Assembly: GCA_051439605.1 (NCBI GenBank)
Contig: JBFRWN010000107.1
Span: forward strand, 1-53,890
Source of the DNA: Synechococcus sp.
GTDB taxonomy: Bacteria > Cyanobacteriota > Cyanobacteriia > Thermostichales > PCC-7336
Direction: 5' to 3'
DNA: 53,890 nucleotides
Of this stretch, positions 39,646 through 49,272 are shown piece by piece; within the stretch, counting starts at the first letter, position 1; each line of letters starts with the position of its first letter. The position numbers were made by a program, and so were the translations under genes. The notes beneath the pieces are model-generated. The model was not told the origin of the DNA, ran no database searches, and saw only the letters and a program-made list of their open reading frames with translations.

Positions 39646-39762
39646 AGTTTCCTAAACGAATACCATCAAGCTACCAGATTCCGGCCCGCCTCGAAGCATC
39701 AACTCGTTGCTTAAAGTCTGAGCTAAAAAACGGGCGGGAAACTCTGGATACCCTCACCAGTC

Positions 39763-40434
39763 TTAGAGTTGAGGCTGATGGCGAATCAAGTTTAGAAATT
39801 CTTCACGAGTCTTGTGATCGTTTTTGAATGCACCCACCATTGAGCTGGTCACGGTCCAAGAACCTGGCTTTTGCACTCCACGCATCACCATGCACATGTG
39901 AGAGGCTTCGATGACCACTGCAACACCTTGAGGGTCGAGAACATCCATCAGAGCTTCGGCGACCTGACGGGTGAGTCGCTCCTGCACCTGTAGCCGGCGG
40001 GAATACATCTCAACGATGCGGGCGATTTTGCTCAGTCCCACAACCTTTTGGGTGGGGATGTAGGCAACGTGGGCGCGGCCCATGAACGGCAACATATGGT
40101 GCTCGCACATACTGAACAAGTCAATGTCCCGGACCAGAACCATCTCATCGTGGCCTACATCGAAGATGGCGTCGTTGACGAGCTCCTCTAAAGACTGGTC
40201 ATAGCCACTCGTGAGAAACTTCAATGCTTTTGCCATGCGCTTCGGGGTTTTCAGCAACCCCTCGCGTTCGGGATCTTCTCCAACTCCTTCCAGCAGAATT
40301 TTGGCCGCAGCTTCCATTCTGGGGTCAGACTCAGGATCGCCACTACTGTTGCTCAAATCCAATATTTGGTCAGAAAACTGGGCAGTGTTTTGAAGTGAAA
40401 AGCTGGAACTTTTACCATTTGTTGCCAGAGTCAT
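39763..40434 (-). CDS. folE: GTP cyclohydrolase I
   Basis: SMCEHH, GLSKIAR, QVQERLT and HMCMVMRG; start 40434 or 40455. Confidence 0.97.
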   Translation of the reverse strand: MTLATNGKSSSFSLQNTAQFSDQILDLSNSSGDPESDPRMEAAAKILLEGVGEDPEREGLLKTPKRMAKALKFLTSGYDQSLEELVNDAIFDVGHDEMVLVRDIDLFSMCEHHMLPFMGRAHVAYIPTQKVVGLSKIARIVEMYSRRLQVQERLTRQVAEALMDVLDPQGVAVVIEASHMCMVMRGVQKPGSWTVTSSMVGAFKNDHKTREEFLNLIRHQPQL

Positions 40435-40483
40435 TCTGGAATTACCTCTATCCAAGATTTACGATGCGTAAATTGCATCAGGA

Positions 40484-41215
40484 TTAAAACGCCCCACCAC
40501 TGGGCATAAGCACGAGCTCATCGATCACCGCATTGGAGGGGAGGCACAGGGCCTGCACGAGGGTTTGTGCCACCGTGTCTGCATCCAGCATCTGCGAGCG
40601 GTCAAAGTCAGCCTGAACGGTGTCGGTATCCCATAGCGGTGTATTCACCGCACCGGGGCAATAGGCCGTCACCCGAATGCCATCTCTACTCACCTCTTGA
40701 GCGATCGCCTTCGTTAGCCCCATAAGACCAAACTTACTGGCACAGTATGCCCCCCACCCTGGAAATGCCTGCTTGCTAGCGATCGATAAAATGTTGACGA
40801 TTTGGCCAGATTGCGCGTGACGCATTCCTGGCAATACCGCCTTAATACATACAAATGCTGCCGTCAGATTGAGATCGAGCACCCGCTGCCAATCCTGCAA
40901 TGGTGTATCCGCGATATCAGCGGTGTACCCCATGCCAGCGTTATTGATTAGCAGTTGAAACGGGCCATGCTGCTCGACAATAGAAGCCAACTTACCTGGC
41001 AGCACGTTGATATCGCTCAGATCTAAGGGGTAGCAAGCGGCGCTACCGCCTGCCCCCTCAATCTCTCGAACAACCGCTGTCAAATCTGACTCGTTACGAG
41101 CTAGCAATACGACTTTGATTCCCAATTCAGCTAGCTTCAAAGCAATTGCCCGTCCGATACCGCGACTAGCTCCTGTCACCAGAGCAGGCCCGGCACCAAG
41201 GGGGGGTGAAAACAT
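40484..41215 (-). CDS. SDR family oxidoreductase
   Basis: TGASRGIG, NNAG and YCASK; start refined to ATG 41215. Confidence 0.92.
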   Translation of the reverse strand: MFSPPLGAGPALVTGASRGIGRAIALKLAELGIKVVLLARNESDLTAVVREIEGAGGSAACYPLDLSDINVLPGKLASIVEQHGPFQLLINNAGMGYTADIADTPLQDWQRVLDLNLTAAFVCIKAVLPGMRHAQSGQIVNILSIASKQAFPGWGAYCASKFGLMGLTKAIAQEVSRDGIRVTAYCPGAVNTPLWDTDTVQADFDRSQMLDADTVAQTLVQALCLPSNAVIDELVLMPSGGAF

Positions 41216-41575
41216 TTGAAGCTTTCCTTTCAGGAGAAAATCCAACGATCCTGCGAACGACCCATCGAGAATAAGGACTCATTTCCCGCACTAGGCCACT
41301 CAGAATCGTATCAGATATGAAGTTATGTGTCGAACTTTAGGGTGGCTACTCATCTGTGGGGGGTGTTGCATGCCTGCTTCGATCGAAAAAGTCACTTGAA
41401 TGACGACCCTACACACCTTGCTCTTACAGAGTTCCTTAACAGGCGACGGCTGTGTACATCAATCGGGATCGGTCATGGAGCGTCCTTTCTGGACTAGCGT
41501 TCAGCACGATCGCAACGACAAGAAACTTTTATAATCGGAGCACTTCGCTTCTCTTAGAAAGGAGTTACATAGGCT

Positions 41576-42010
41576 ATGGATATTTTTAAAGCTTTATTTT
41601 CAGGCATTGCTAATTTTTTCAAAATTCTATTTGGTGGGATTTTGGGGGCATTTTCCGGTTCTGAGGTAGATGTATTAGCCAAGGATGTTTCTCAGGAAGA
41701 TGTTCCTGCAGCCACCTCAGAGCCGAAACCTCGGGGTGATTTAGCTGCTCCAGTATCTACTTCCGCTCCCACCCCTGCGGCTGCAACCGAACCCAGTGTA
41801 AATGAACCTACTGTTGCTGAACCCGCTGCTGCAGTTGCAGTAACCGAAAAGGGTCCCGTCGACATTAAAGAGATTCCCATGCCCAAAGGCGACGTTCAGT
41901 TTGCTTCTCTGAACGAGCTTAAGGCGATCGCTAGCCCCAAACGCCGTCCCGGCGCGGCCCTGAATCCTTTCAAATCTATGGTTCGTGACATGCAAAAGAC
42001 CAGCGGTTAA
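41576..42010 (+). CDS. Hypothetical protein (amphipathic N-terminus, Ala/Pro-rich linker, RRPG C-terminal motif)
   Basis: AAGGAG upstream of the ATG; 144-aa ORF filling the intergenic space. Confidence 0.75.
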   Translation: MDIFKALFSGIANFFKILFGGILGAFSGSEVDVLAKDVSQEDVPAATSEPKPRGDLAAPVSTSAPTPAAATEPSVNEPTVAEPAAAVAVTEKGPVDIKEIPMPKGDVQFASLNELKAIASPKRRPGAALNPFKSMVRDMQKTSG

Positions 42011-42106
42011 TATTCCACAACGATCGCAAGCTCAATTTTATTAGCTCAATGAAAGACGCCGGTTGAAGGTTATCTGCAGCAGGCGTTCCGAGCCGAAAAG
42101 CTGTGT

Positions 42107-43294
42107 CTATTTAGCTGGAAGATCGTATTGTTCTACGATGCGCTTGGCATATTCAGGGACGTGCACGTCTAGCTTGTGCGGATAGTTGCGCTTGACGTAT
42201 AAGTAGTTGCGCGTGAAATGGGAGTCAATGGAGAAGCGACCGTATTCCAACCCTTTAGGACCCACTTTATCGATCGCTATCCCCATTAATTTGGCGGCCC
42301 ACATGGGTAGCGTTACCCCTTTGTCATAGGCAGGAATGCTCTGCTGCACTGCATTTTTGCGGTTGCCTCGAGACATCACTGGCTGGAGTTCTAGTTGGTC
42401 GCGAATCAGGTCGAACATTTCTTGACCGTTTTGATTACGTACCACTATCCACTGCCAGCCAAATGGCGCCCCCATATATCCCACCACGAGATCGGCCAAC
42501 GAGTTGACATAGTCAAAACAGCTCATGCATGAGGGGGCAAATACGTCTTTCAACTGATTAGTTTTCAATCCAAAGAAGGGGACTTTTTCCTCCGTGCCGT
42601 CGGAGTGTTTGAAGTGAACGCGAAAATCCTGCATGAATTCGTAGGCCACTACGGTTTCGGGCGATCGACTGGTGGTTTCGAGAAATTTCTGCAGTCCCTC
42701 TCGAGTGACGTTGTCTACGCAAGGGGTACCTAAGACGTAGAGTTTCTCTAACCCCAGCTCAGCCTGGACCGCTCGCAATGCCTGAATTTGACACCCCACT
42801 CCGATGGCTAACAGGCGTTTAATCCCAGATTCTTTGACCAAATCGAGAATGGACAAGTTGGGGGACAAGGTGGGCTTGTTTACCCGCGCAGCCAACACCT
42901 CCTCGGCCGTCCGAGCAATGACGGGTTTGGGCTGAAAGCGATCTTCATCCGTGTTTTGCACGCAGACCACCCCTTCCACCCATTCGTTCTCCAACATGGC
43001 AATGGCGATGGAGCTAACGATGCCTGTCCATTGAGCTCCGTCAATGGGATCTGATTTGCGGGCAGCAGTCATATGGCTGTGCACGCCAAAATAGCGTTCA
43101 TCCTCATTCTCTAAGCGGCGCGAGCGGCCATGGGCGGATTGCTCTAGTTCGTCCACCCGTTGAGTGATAAACGCGCATGCTTCTTTGACGTACTGCACGT
43201 AGGAGGTGTCGCACAGCCCACAACGGCTGCAAAGCTCTTTAGCTGGGTAGCGTCCTGATGCGATCGGTTTAGCAGCTTTGGTGTTGGCAGTCAT
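42107..43294 (-). CDS. bciB: Ferredoxin-dependent 3,8-divinyl chlorophyllide 8-vinyl reductase (FrhB-like)
   Basis: CSRCGLC, GAQWTG, GVGCQ, GTPCVDN and SCMSCFDY, typical of the cyanobacterial BciB/CvrA family. Confidence 0.85.
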   Translation of the reverse strand: MTANTKAAKPIASGRYPAKELCSRCGLCDTSYVQYVKEACAFITQRVDELEQSAHGRSRRLENEDERYFGVHSHMTAARKSDPIDGAQWTGIVSSIAIAMLENEWVEGVVCVQNTDEDRFQPKPVIARTAEEVLAARVNKPTLSPNLSILDLVKESGIKRLLAIGVGCQIQALRAVQAELGLEKLYVLGTPCVDNVTREGLQKFLETTSRSPETVVAYEFMQDFRVHFKHSDGTEEKVPFFGLKTNQLKDVFAPSCMSCFDYVNSLADLVVGYMGAPFGWQWIVVRNQNGQEMFDLIRDQLELQPVMSRGNRKNAVQQSIPAYDKGVTLPMWAAKLMGIAIDKVGPKGLEYGRFSIDSHFTRNYLYVKRNYPHKLDVHVPEYAKRIVEQYDLPAK

Positions 43295-43393
43295 GGGTTC
43301 GCGACAAAAAATGAGCTGATTGGTCGTTTTATCGTAAACGCGAATGAAGCCACTATATTGAAAAATGCTGCAAATATTACAGGCTAAACAACG

Positions 43394-43942
43394 CTAGCTC
43401 AGGGCCGCTTCCACCGGCTTCGTGCGCAAATATTCAGTATTGACCCCGGACTCGCGCGTAGTTGCCACTAAGCCGGTGCGAGCCATTTCGCGAATGCCAA
43501 ATCCAGACAGCATTTTGTTGATGGCCACCATTTTGCCAGGGTCGCCCGTGACTTCTAGGGTTAAGGACTCTTCTGAGACATCCACAATGCGGGCGCGGAA
43601 CATCTGGGCAACATCCATAATTTCCCGTCTAGTGGAGATGGTGGCATTCACCTTGATGAGCATCAATTCCCGCTGAACGCAGGGAATATGGGTAATATCT
43701 TGAACCTTAAGTACATTTACAAGCTTGTATAACTGCTTGGTGATTTGTTCAACGTCATTTTCTGTTCCCGGCAAAACGATAATAATGCGGGAAATTCCAG
43801 GTTTTTCAGTTTGCCCCACCGTCAAGCTATGGATATTGAATCCACGTCTTGCAAACATGCCAGAGATTCGGCTTAATACACCCGGTTCGTCTTGCACGAG
43901 GGCTGAAAGAGTGTGAAGCATGGACGAGGAGGAATCCGACAT
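43394..43942 (-). CDS. ilvH: Acetolactate synthase small subunit
   Basis: [26 protein letters not shown] and EMARTG; start 43942 or 43921. Confidence 0.95.
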   Translation of the reverse strand: MSDSSSSMLHTLSALVQDEPGVLSRISGMFARRGFNIHSLTVGQTEKPGISRIIIVLPGTENDVEQITKQLYKLVNVLKVQDITHIPCVQRELMLIKVNATISTRREIMDVAQMFRARIVDVSEESLTLEVTGDPGKMVAINKMLSGFGIREMARTGLVATTRESGVNTEYLRTKPVEAALS

Positions 43943-44216
43943 GGGCTTTTGGGGAATTGGGCCGTTGGGGATGCAGTGGTGAAAACTCGAAAGCTTATTT
44001 TGTGACTTTCTCTGTGTGAGGAGAACTTTAGACTCTGCATGGGGCAGAAAAAATACCAGAAGCTTGTCTAAAATAAAGCGTTCACTATTGTCTCACTAGA
44101 ATTGCCTGATGCCCAGCAAGTTTCCTGCATTTTTTGGGGGAATCTTCTTAGCCTGCGATCGCCCTCCAGCAAATTGGATTACTAGGGCCTGTTCATATCC
44201 ACCGCTAAAGTAGAAA

Positions 44217-44680
44217 TAGGAAAAGGAGGCGAGGCGATCGCGTCTAGTTCGCTAGATGAGGAAAGTCCGGGCTCCCTGAAGAACGCATCGCTGGAGAAAC
44301 TTCCAGTGCGGGTGACCGTGAGGATAGTGCCACAGAAACATACCGCCGATGGCAACTGCGTCTTGTGACAAGTCGCGATCGCACAGGTAAGGGTGCAAAG
44401 GTGGGGCGCAAGCTTAATGTAAGAGCCCACCAGCAATGTCGAGAGGCATTGGCTCGGTAAACCCCGGTGGGGAGCAAGGCCGCAACAGCAGGATAATGAC
44501 TGTTCTTCGCCCCTGTCTGTTGGGTCTCCTGCTTCTTTCTGATTTGGGGGTTCCTCGATCGGGAGAGTAAGAGACTGAAGTGAGCCGCAAGAGGTGGTCA
44601 GCAATGGCCATCCCAGATAGATGATTGCCGCTGCAGCTTGTCTGCAGTAACAGAACCCGGCTTATGTCCGCCTTTTCCTA
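44217..44680 (+). ncRNA. rnpB: RNase P RNA (type A)
   Basis: GAGGAAAGTCCGGGCT, AGTGCCACAGAAA, GGTAAACCCC, GGAGCAAG and ACAGAACCCGGCTTA; P1 TAGGAAAAGG/CCTTTTCCTA. Confidence 0.97.
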
Positions 44681-44915
44681 CCCACTTTTTTGACAGGAAT
44701 ACCCTTTTAAGTTGAGTTGTCCAACTGACTGTCGATAGGGCTGAGACCGCAACAATGGTGTTTACTAGATAATCCTATTCCCCATATTTTCTCACCCTCT
44801 TTTTTAGGCTCATCCTCTAGCTCGTGACTCGCTTGAGAAATACCAACTGGGTTGGTGCCTGCTAGGCCTTTAAACTCCCCAAATCGAGCCGCCTATATTT
44901 TCGAGTACCCTCAAC

Positions 44916-46073
44916 ATGTCTGCAGCATCCTTACCTTTCACCCTTGGCATTATCGGTGGCGGGCAATTGGCGCGCATGACGGCGATCGCAGCTGCAGCTA
45001 TGGGTGTCAAGGTCTCGGTACTTCACCCCACTGAAGATTGCCCGGCAGCTAGCGTTAGCGAGGTTTTTGTGGGGGAATGGACCGATCGGCAGGACCTAGA
45101 GCGTTGGGTTCGATTAGTGGATGCGGTGACGTTGGAACACGAATTTGTAGCGGCATCCGATCTCCATTGGCTGGCTCAGCAAGGGCGACAGGTGTGGCCT
45201 GCGGGGAGAACATTGGAACTGATTCAAGATAAGTGGCGACAGCGCAGTCATTTGCAACAGGCGGGGTTACCGGTACCGCAGTTCCAGGCGATTGATTCCT
45301 TTGCCGAGTTAGAGGGCCTGCAACGGGAATGGGGGGGGCCGTTGGTGGTCAAAACCCGTCGCTTGGGATACGACGGCCACGGTACCGCGATCGCCCACAA
45401 GCCACAGGAGCTGGAACGGATATGGCAACTATTTTGCCCTTCTGGCATAGAAGCAGAGGGGCTCTTGCTGGCAGAAGAGTTTATTCCGTTTGAGCATGAG
45501 CTGGCTGTGATTGTGGCCCGCCGTCGAAATGGGGATTGTACTTGTTATCCAGTCACCGAAACAGTGCAAGAGAATTACGTCTGCGATCTCACCGTCACTC
45601 CGGCTCGTATCCCAGAGATGATGCAAGAAAATGCCAAGGACATCGCTATTTCAGCAGCTGAGGCGGTAGGGGTTGTGGGGGTTGTGGGTGTGGAATTATT
45701 TGCGGTTGAGTCAGGGGAGATATTAGTCAACGAACTGGCCCCCCGTCCTCATAATTCTGGTCATTACACTCTGAACGGTTGCGCCACTAGCCAATTTGAA
45801 CAACACGTCCGGGCTGTGCTGGATTTGCCCTTAGGTTCCACCGACCTGCTGGTTCCTAGCGTTGTGATGGCAAATATTTTGGGTACTAGGGACAGCAATT
45901 GTAAATATATTCCCTTAGCTGGAGCATTGCAGGAACCAAACACCTACTTGCATTGGTACGGTAAGTCGTTCGCGAGACCGGGTCGAAAACTAGGTCACAT
46001 CAACGCGCTTGCTGAAACTGCAGAGCTGGCATTGAAGCGGGCAGATCGAGCCCGAAATTCTCTTGACCTCTGA
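44916..46073 (+). CDS. purK: N5-carboxyaminoimidazole ribonucleotide synthase
   Basis: GGGQLARM, GYDGHG, NELAPRPHNSGH and RKLGH. Confidence 0.96.
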   Translation: MSAASLPFTLGIIGGGQLARMTAIAAAAMGVKVSVLHPTEDCPAASVSEVFVGEWTDRQDLERWVRLVDAVTLEHEFVAASDLHWLAQQGRQVWPAGRTLELIQDKWRQRSHLQQAGLPVPQFQAIDSFAELEGLQREWGGPLVVKTRRLGYDGHGTAIAHKPQELERIWQLFCPSGIEAEGLLLAEEFIPFEHELAVIVARRRNGDCTCYPVTETVQENYVCDLTVTPARIPEMMQENAKDIAISAAEAVGVVGVVGVELFAVESGEILVNELAPRPHNSGHYTLNGCATSQFEQHVRAVLDLPLGSTDLLVPSVVMANILGTRDSNCKYIPLAGALQEPNTYLHWYGKSFARPGRKLGHINALAETAELALKRADRARNSLDL

Positions 46074-46137
46074 CTGATTCAATTATGATTAGACATCCTG
46101 TTGTGAAGCTATGCGAAATCTGTTCGCACCCCAAATC

Positions 46138-46324
46138 CATAGCGACCATCAAGTCGCTGGAACACTCCAGCCATCTAGGAAACTGACCGAGCATAGGTAT
46201 AGCGACCGTCAAGTCGCTTAGGACATTTCAGCGGCCCAGAACCCCGACCAGGCATAGCTCTTTCTGTCATAACTGAAATATCGGAAGCTATATTGCTGAC
46301 CTAACTGAGAGGACAACAGCTAAA
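46138..46324 (+). mobile_element. Older copy of the 95-bp element (46138-46197 plus 46293-46324), interrupted by a second copy
   Basis: Left part CATAGCGACCATCAAGTCGC...GCATAGG and right part TTGCTGACCTAACTGAGAGGACAACAGCTAAA rejoin through one TA into a 94-bp element. Confidence 0.75.
46198..46292 (+). mobile_element. Intact 95-bp MITE-like element (TA + TAGC...GCTA + TA)
   Basis: Perfect TATAGC/GCTATA ends, AGCGAC/GTCGCT hairpin and ATTTCAG/CTGAAAT internal inverted repeat. Confidence 0.85.
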
Positions 46325-46352
46325 GCTGTTTGCGCCGATTTTTCTACACATT

Positions 46353-46389
46353 AAAGAAATGCGAAGGAATAGCTCCTTCGCATTTCTTT
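46353..46389. terminator. Bidirectional terminator-like hairpin between convergent genes
   Basis: Perfect 16-bp stem AAAGAAATGCGAAGGA-ATAGC-TCCTTCGCATTTCTTT. Confidence 0.8.
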
Positions 46390-46422
46390 CTGGTGCCATT
46401 GAAGACAGCGTTAGTCTAAGGG

Positions 46423-47127
46423 TTACTGAACGCTGGGAGCGCTAGGTACTGCTTCCTCAACCGTGTTAATCACCTCTTCAAGGGTGTCGTCTACAATCAC
46501 ATCGCTAGCATCCTCTGCCATGCCTGTTTCAGCTACATCGGTTTCAGCCATGTCTGTTTCAGCCACTTCGGCTTCAGCCATGTCTTCTTCGATCATCTCG
46601 GCTTCAGCCATGTCCTCTTCGATCATCTCGGCTTCAGCCATTTCGGCTTCTGCAGCGTCCGAAGTATCTTCCTCCGCCACTTCTACTTCTGATTCTTCTG
46701 GAACTGCAGCTTCAGTCTCATCAACTTCAATTGCTTCTTCTGCAGGTTCTTCCTCTGAAACCATTTCGGTCTCTATCGTGTCGGTATCGACGTCCGTTTC
46801 CTCAGAAACTTCTGCCCCATCAACCATGTCTTCTACTGTGTCGGAAACTTCGCCTTCAACAGCTTCCAGTGCAGATGCCCCATCAGTTTCTGCTAAAATC
46901 GGCTCTTCCGAACTGGATTCAGAGGGAACCGCACTCTGCTCTGTTACCGTTTCTTCTGCTACAGGAGTTTCGGGGGCTGCTGCGCAAGGATTGGTCTCTT
47001 CTGTAACTGTTTCAACTTCTGGTGTGACTTCATTGGGAGTATCTCCCATCGCGATCGCCGATTGGCCACCTACAGTCGTCAACAGGGCCACAATCGCCGC
47101 GAAGGGCAAGAAACGCAACTTAGCCAT
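46423..47127 (-). CDS. Secreted, very acidic low-complexity protein with tandem repeats
   Basis: Signal peptide (MAKLRFL...AIA), GAGG RBS, E/D/A/T/V-rich body, EAEMIEEDMA repeats. Confidence 0.8.
   Translation of the reverse strand: MAKLRFLPFAAIVALLTTVGGQSAIAMGDTPNEVTPEVETVTEETNPCAAAPETPVAEETVTEQSAVPSESSSEEPILAETDGASALEAVEGEVSDTVEDMVDGAEVSEETDVDTDTIETEMVSEEEPAEEAIEVDETEAAVPEESEVEVAEEDTSDAAEAEMAEAEMIEEDMAEAEMIEEDMAEAEVAETDMAETDVAETGMAEDASDVIVDDTLEEVINTVEEAVPSAPSVQ
46568..46641. repeat. 30-bp tandem repeat (about 2.5 units) inside the acidic protein gene
   Basis: TCGGCTTCAGCCATGTC(T/C)TCTTCGATCATC twice plus a partial unit. Confidence 0.85.
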
Positions 47128-47254
47128 AATCTACACCTCTAGAAATAGAAAAGGATGCTTCAAATCACATCCGATAGAACAAATTGACGGCATAAGTTTA
47201 AAAAAGGTTCCTTTGCCGTTAAGGGCAAGTTAAGGATAGGAACCATTCTGGTCT

Positions 47255-47725
47255 CTATCCATCGCTATGTCGGCGATCGCAATCTCCAATGCTGACCCAA
47301 TCGCTACTGCCATCGGCAAAATGCTCCTTTTTCCAAATGGGAGCGGTGTGCTTGAGGGTATCAATGGCATATTGACAGGCAGCAAAGGCTTCCGAGCGAT
47401 GAGGCATACCTACTGCCACCAAGACGCTGATGTCGCCAATACTCAACTTCCCCAGCCGGTGGTGAATCACCACTGAATTGGTTTCAGTCCAGCGATCGCA
47501 GATCTCGCGAGCAATTTGCTCAAATACCCTCATCGCCATGGGCTGATAGGCTTGATATTCCAGAAACAGCACCTCCCGACCTAGCGTCTTGTTGCGAACG
47601 GTTCCGCTCATCACCACCACAGCTCCGTTACCAGGGGCATCAGCTGCTCTGTAAACGGTGTCGAGGCTCAAAGGGGCCAGCTGAATCGTAAAAGCAGTAT
47701 TTGCGGACTGCAGCGCTTGAGTCAT
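47255..47725 (-). CDS. moaE: Molybdopterin synthase catalytic subunit
   Basis: GTVRN, LEYQAY, HRLG, HRSEAF and PIWKKE. Confidence 0.95.
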   Translation of the reverse strand: MTQALQSANTAFTIQLAPLSLDTVYRAADAPGNGAVVVMSGTVRNKTLGREVLFLEYQAYQPMAMRVFEQIAREICDRWTETNSVVIHHRLGKLSIGDISVLVAVGMPHRSEAFAACQYAIDTLKHTAPIWKKEHFADGSSDWVSIGDCDRRHSDG

Positions 47726-47933
47726 TGGAAGTCAGCTAAAAGAAATGATTACTGTCGCGATTGAAATTACTTTATCTGCTTGAATCTCAGCCAAGAGTCA
47801 GGCACCATACGGTATTGACTGTTGTGCTTGGCTTTACATGAGTGCTGGTGATTTCTAGGTTGAATTACCAAGCTACGCCATAAGCCCCATCTTAGTCCTA
47901 AACCATTTTCATCTCTCATGAGGTCGTAATCCC

Positions 47934-48356
47934 TTGTCTGATGCTCTTGTTCTAGGGCCTATCCAAGTCATTTTAGACACCAACATTTTTGTGGCGGCGG
48001 GGTTCAAGCGTCAAAGTCAATCGGCTCAGCTGCTGCAACAGGTTCGGGATCGGCAGTTGCAAATGGTATGGCACCAGCTCACCCGGCAGGAAACAAAGTA
48101 CATTCTCAACAAAATTCCTCCCTTATCTTGGGGGGCAGTTGAGGAATTATTTTGTCCGCAATGGGAATATACTGACCCGCTAGATCTTGACGCGTTCCAA
48201 TTTGTTGAAGATTTGCAGGATCGCAAGTTTGCAGCCCTCTGTCATGTTTCTGGAATACCGCTGATTACGATGGATCGAGGGTTGCTTGGGGCTGCTGACA
48301 CTGGAGCTCTGCCCATCATGAACCCCAAAGATTTTGCTAGAGACTACAGACGATAA
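47934..48356 (+). CDS. PIN domain protein
   Basis: ILDTNIFV, DLQDRKF and LITMD acidic PIN motifs. Confidence 0.8.
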   Translation: MSDALVLGPIQVILDTNIFVAAGFKRQSQSAQLLQQVRDRQLQMVWHQLTRQETKYILNKIPPLSWGAVEELFCPQWEYTDPLDLDAFQFVEDLQDRKFAALCHVSGIPLITMDRGLLGAADTGALPIMNPKDFARDYRR

Positions 48357-48360
48357 AGGC

Positions 48361-48454
48361 TAGTGCGACCTGAAAACGCCTCAGCTCTCTCAGCGATTCA
48401 GATCCTTTGCGAGGCTTAGAGTTGTTTGTCCCAACTGAAATGGCAAAAGTGTTG
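48361..48454 (+). repeat. Degenerate copy of the 95-bp element
   Basis: TAGTGCGACC at 48361 and TGTCCCAACTGAAATG with AACTGAAATG at +72. Confidence 0.6.
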
Positions 48455-48547
48455 TTGCAGGCACAGCTTCATTACCAAAGAATGAACTTCCGTCTAAACT
48501 CGACTGGACTCGGACCTATCAACTCACTGCTCATTCAGACTCAAGCT

Positions 48548-49213
48548 TTAATGCAGAGAAATTTTGCCTCGATAACGACCAATGATGCTCAATTGATTGT
48601 CGAAGTCATTCATATCCACCGTAAAGGTTTGGAATTTTGGGTTATCGCTGATTACGCTCACCATCGATCCCGGCAGTTTCTGTAGCCGCTTCACTAACAG
48701 GTCACCATTCATCTGAAAAACGTGAATCCCATCCCGTAGCTCGTTGACCTGACAATCCACAAAAATAGTGTCTCCATCCATCAACGTTGGAGCCATGCTG
48801 TCGCCGCTCACGGTTACAAGGGTGAGGTTATCGGGACTGCTCCCTAGCTTGGAACGCAGCCATTGACGATCGAAGGCCATCACCTCTTGCAGATTTTCTT
48901 CTCGCACCAATATTCCCGGTCCTGCCGACACCTCAGCATCCACAAGTGGAATGCCGATGAAGTCCTGTTCGTTACTCCCTTCCCGCATATCCCCCTCGCC
49001 AGTCACCAACCATTGCAGTTCTACACCGGCAGTCTCAGCCATAGCAACAGCTTTGTCGATGCCGGGAACTGCAGCCCCTTTGAGATAGCTGCGCAAGCTG
49101 GTGTCGCTTAATCCTGCCCGCCTACCAAAAGCGTAGACTGCCTCTTCGCCGATCGCCTGTTTGAGACGACCCGCAAAGGTTTTCAACCCTTCAGAATTCT
49201 TCGAGCGACCCAT
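48548..49213 (-). CDS. XRE-HTH plus S24 peptidase, phage CI/LexA-like repressor
   Basis: N-terminal HTH, VSAG cleavage site, GDSM (Ser) and VKRL (Lys) catalytic dyad. Confidence 0.9.
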   Translation of the reverse strand: MGRSKNSEGLKTFAGRLKQAIGEEAVYAFGRRAGLSDTSLRSYLKGAAVPGIDKAVAMAETAGVELQWLVTGEGDMREGSNEQDFIGIPLVDAEVSAGPGILVREENLQEVMAFDRQWLRSKLGSSPDNLTLVTVSGDSMAPTLMDGDTIFVDCQVNELRDGIHVFQMNGDLLVKRLQKLPGSMVSVISDNPKFQTFTVDMNDFDNQLSIIGRYRGKISLH

Positions 49214-49272
49214 AGAATCTTACCTGCAGCAGCTTTGAGTGAAACGAACTAGCGCAATCCTATCTCAATCTC

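Noticed and set aside
42107..43294. F420 hydrogenase subunit implying F420 metabolism
   Set aside because: No other hydrogenase genes; the FrhB-like protein in cyanobacteria is the chlorophyll 8-vinyl reductase BciB.
44182..44611. Minus-strand ORFs over 44182-44611
   Set aside because: They are antisense to rnpB.
46138..46220. Two similar hairpin repeats 60 bp apart resembling a mini CRISPR array
   Set aside because: Only two units, the intervening sequence is itself homologous to the element core, no cas genes; explained by nested MITEs.
46463..47233. 256-aa Ser-rich ORF on the + strand
   Set aside because: Antisense shadow of the low-complexity acidic gene, which has the signal peptide and RBS.
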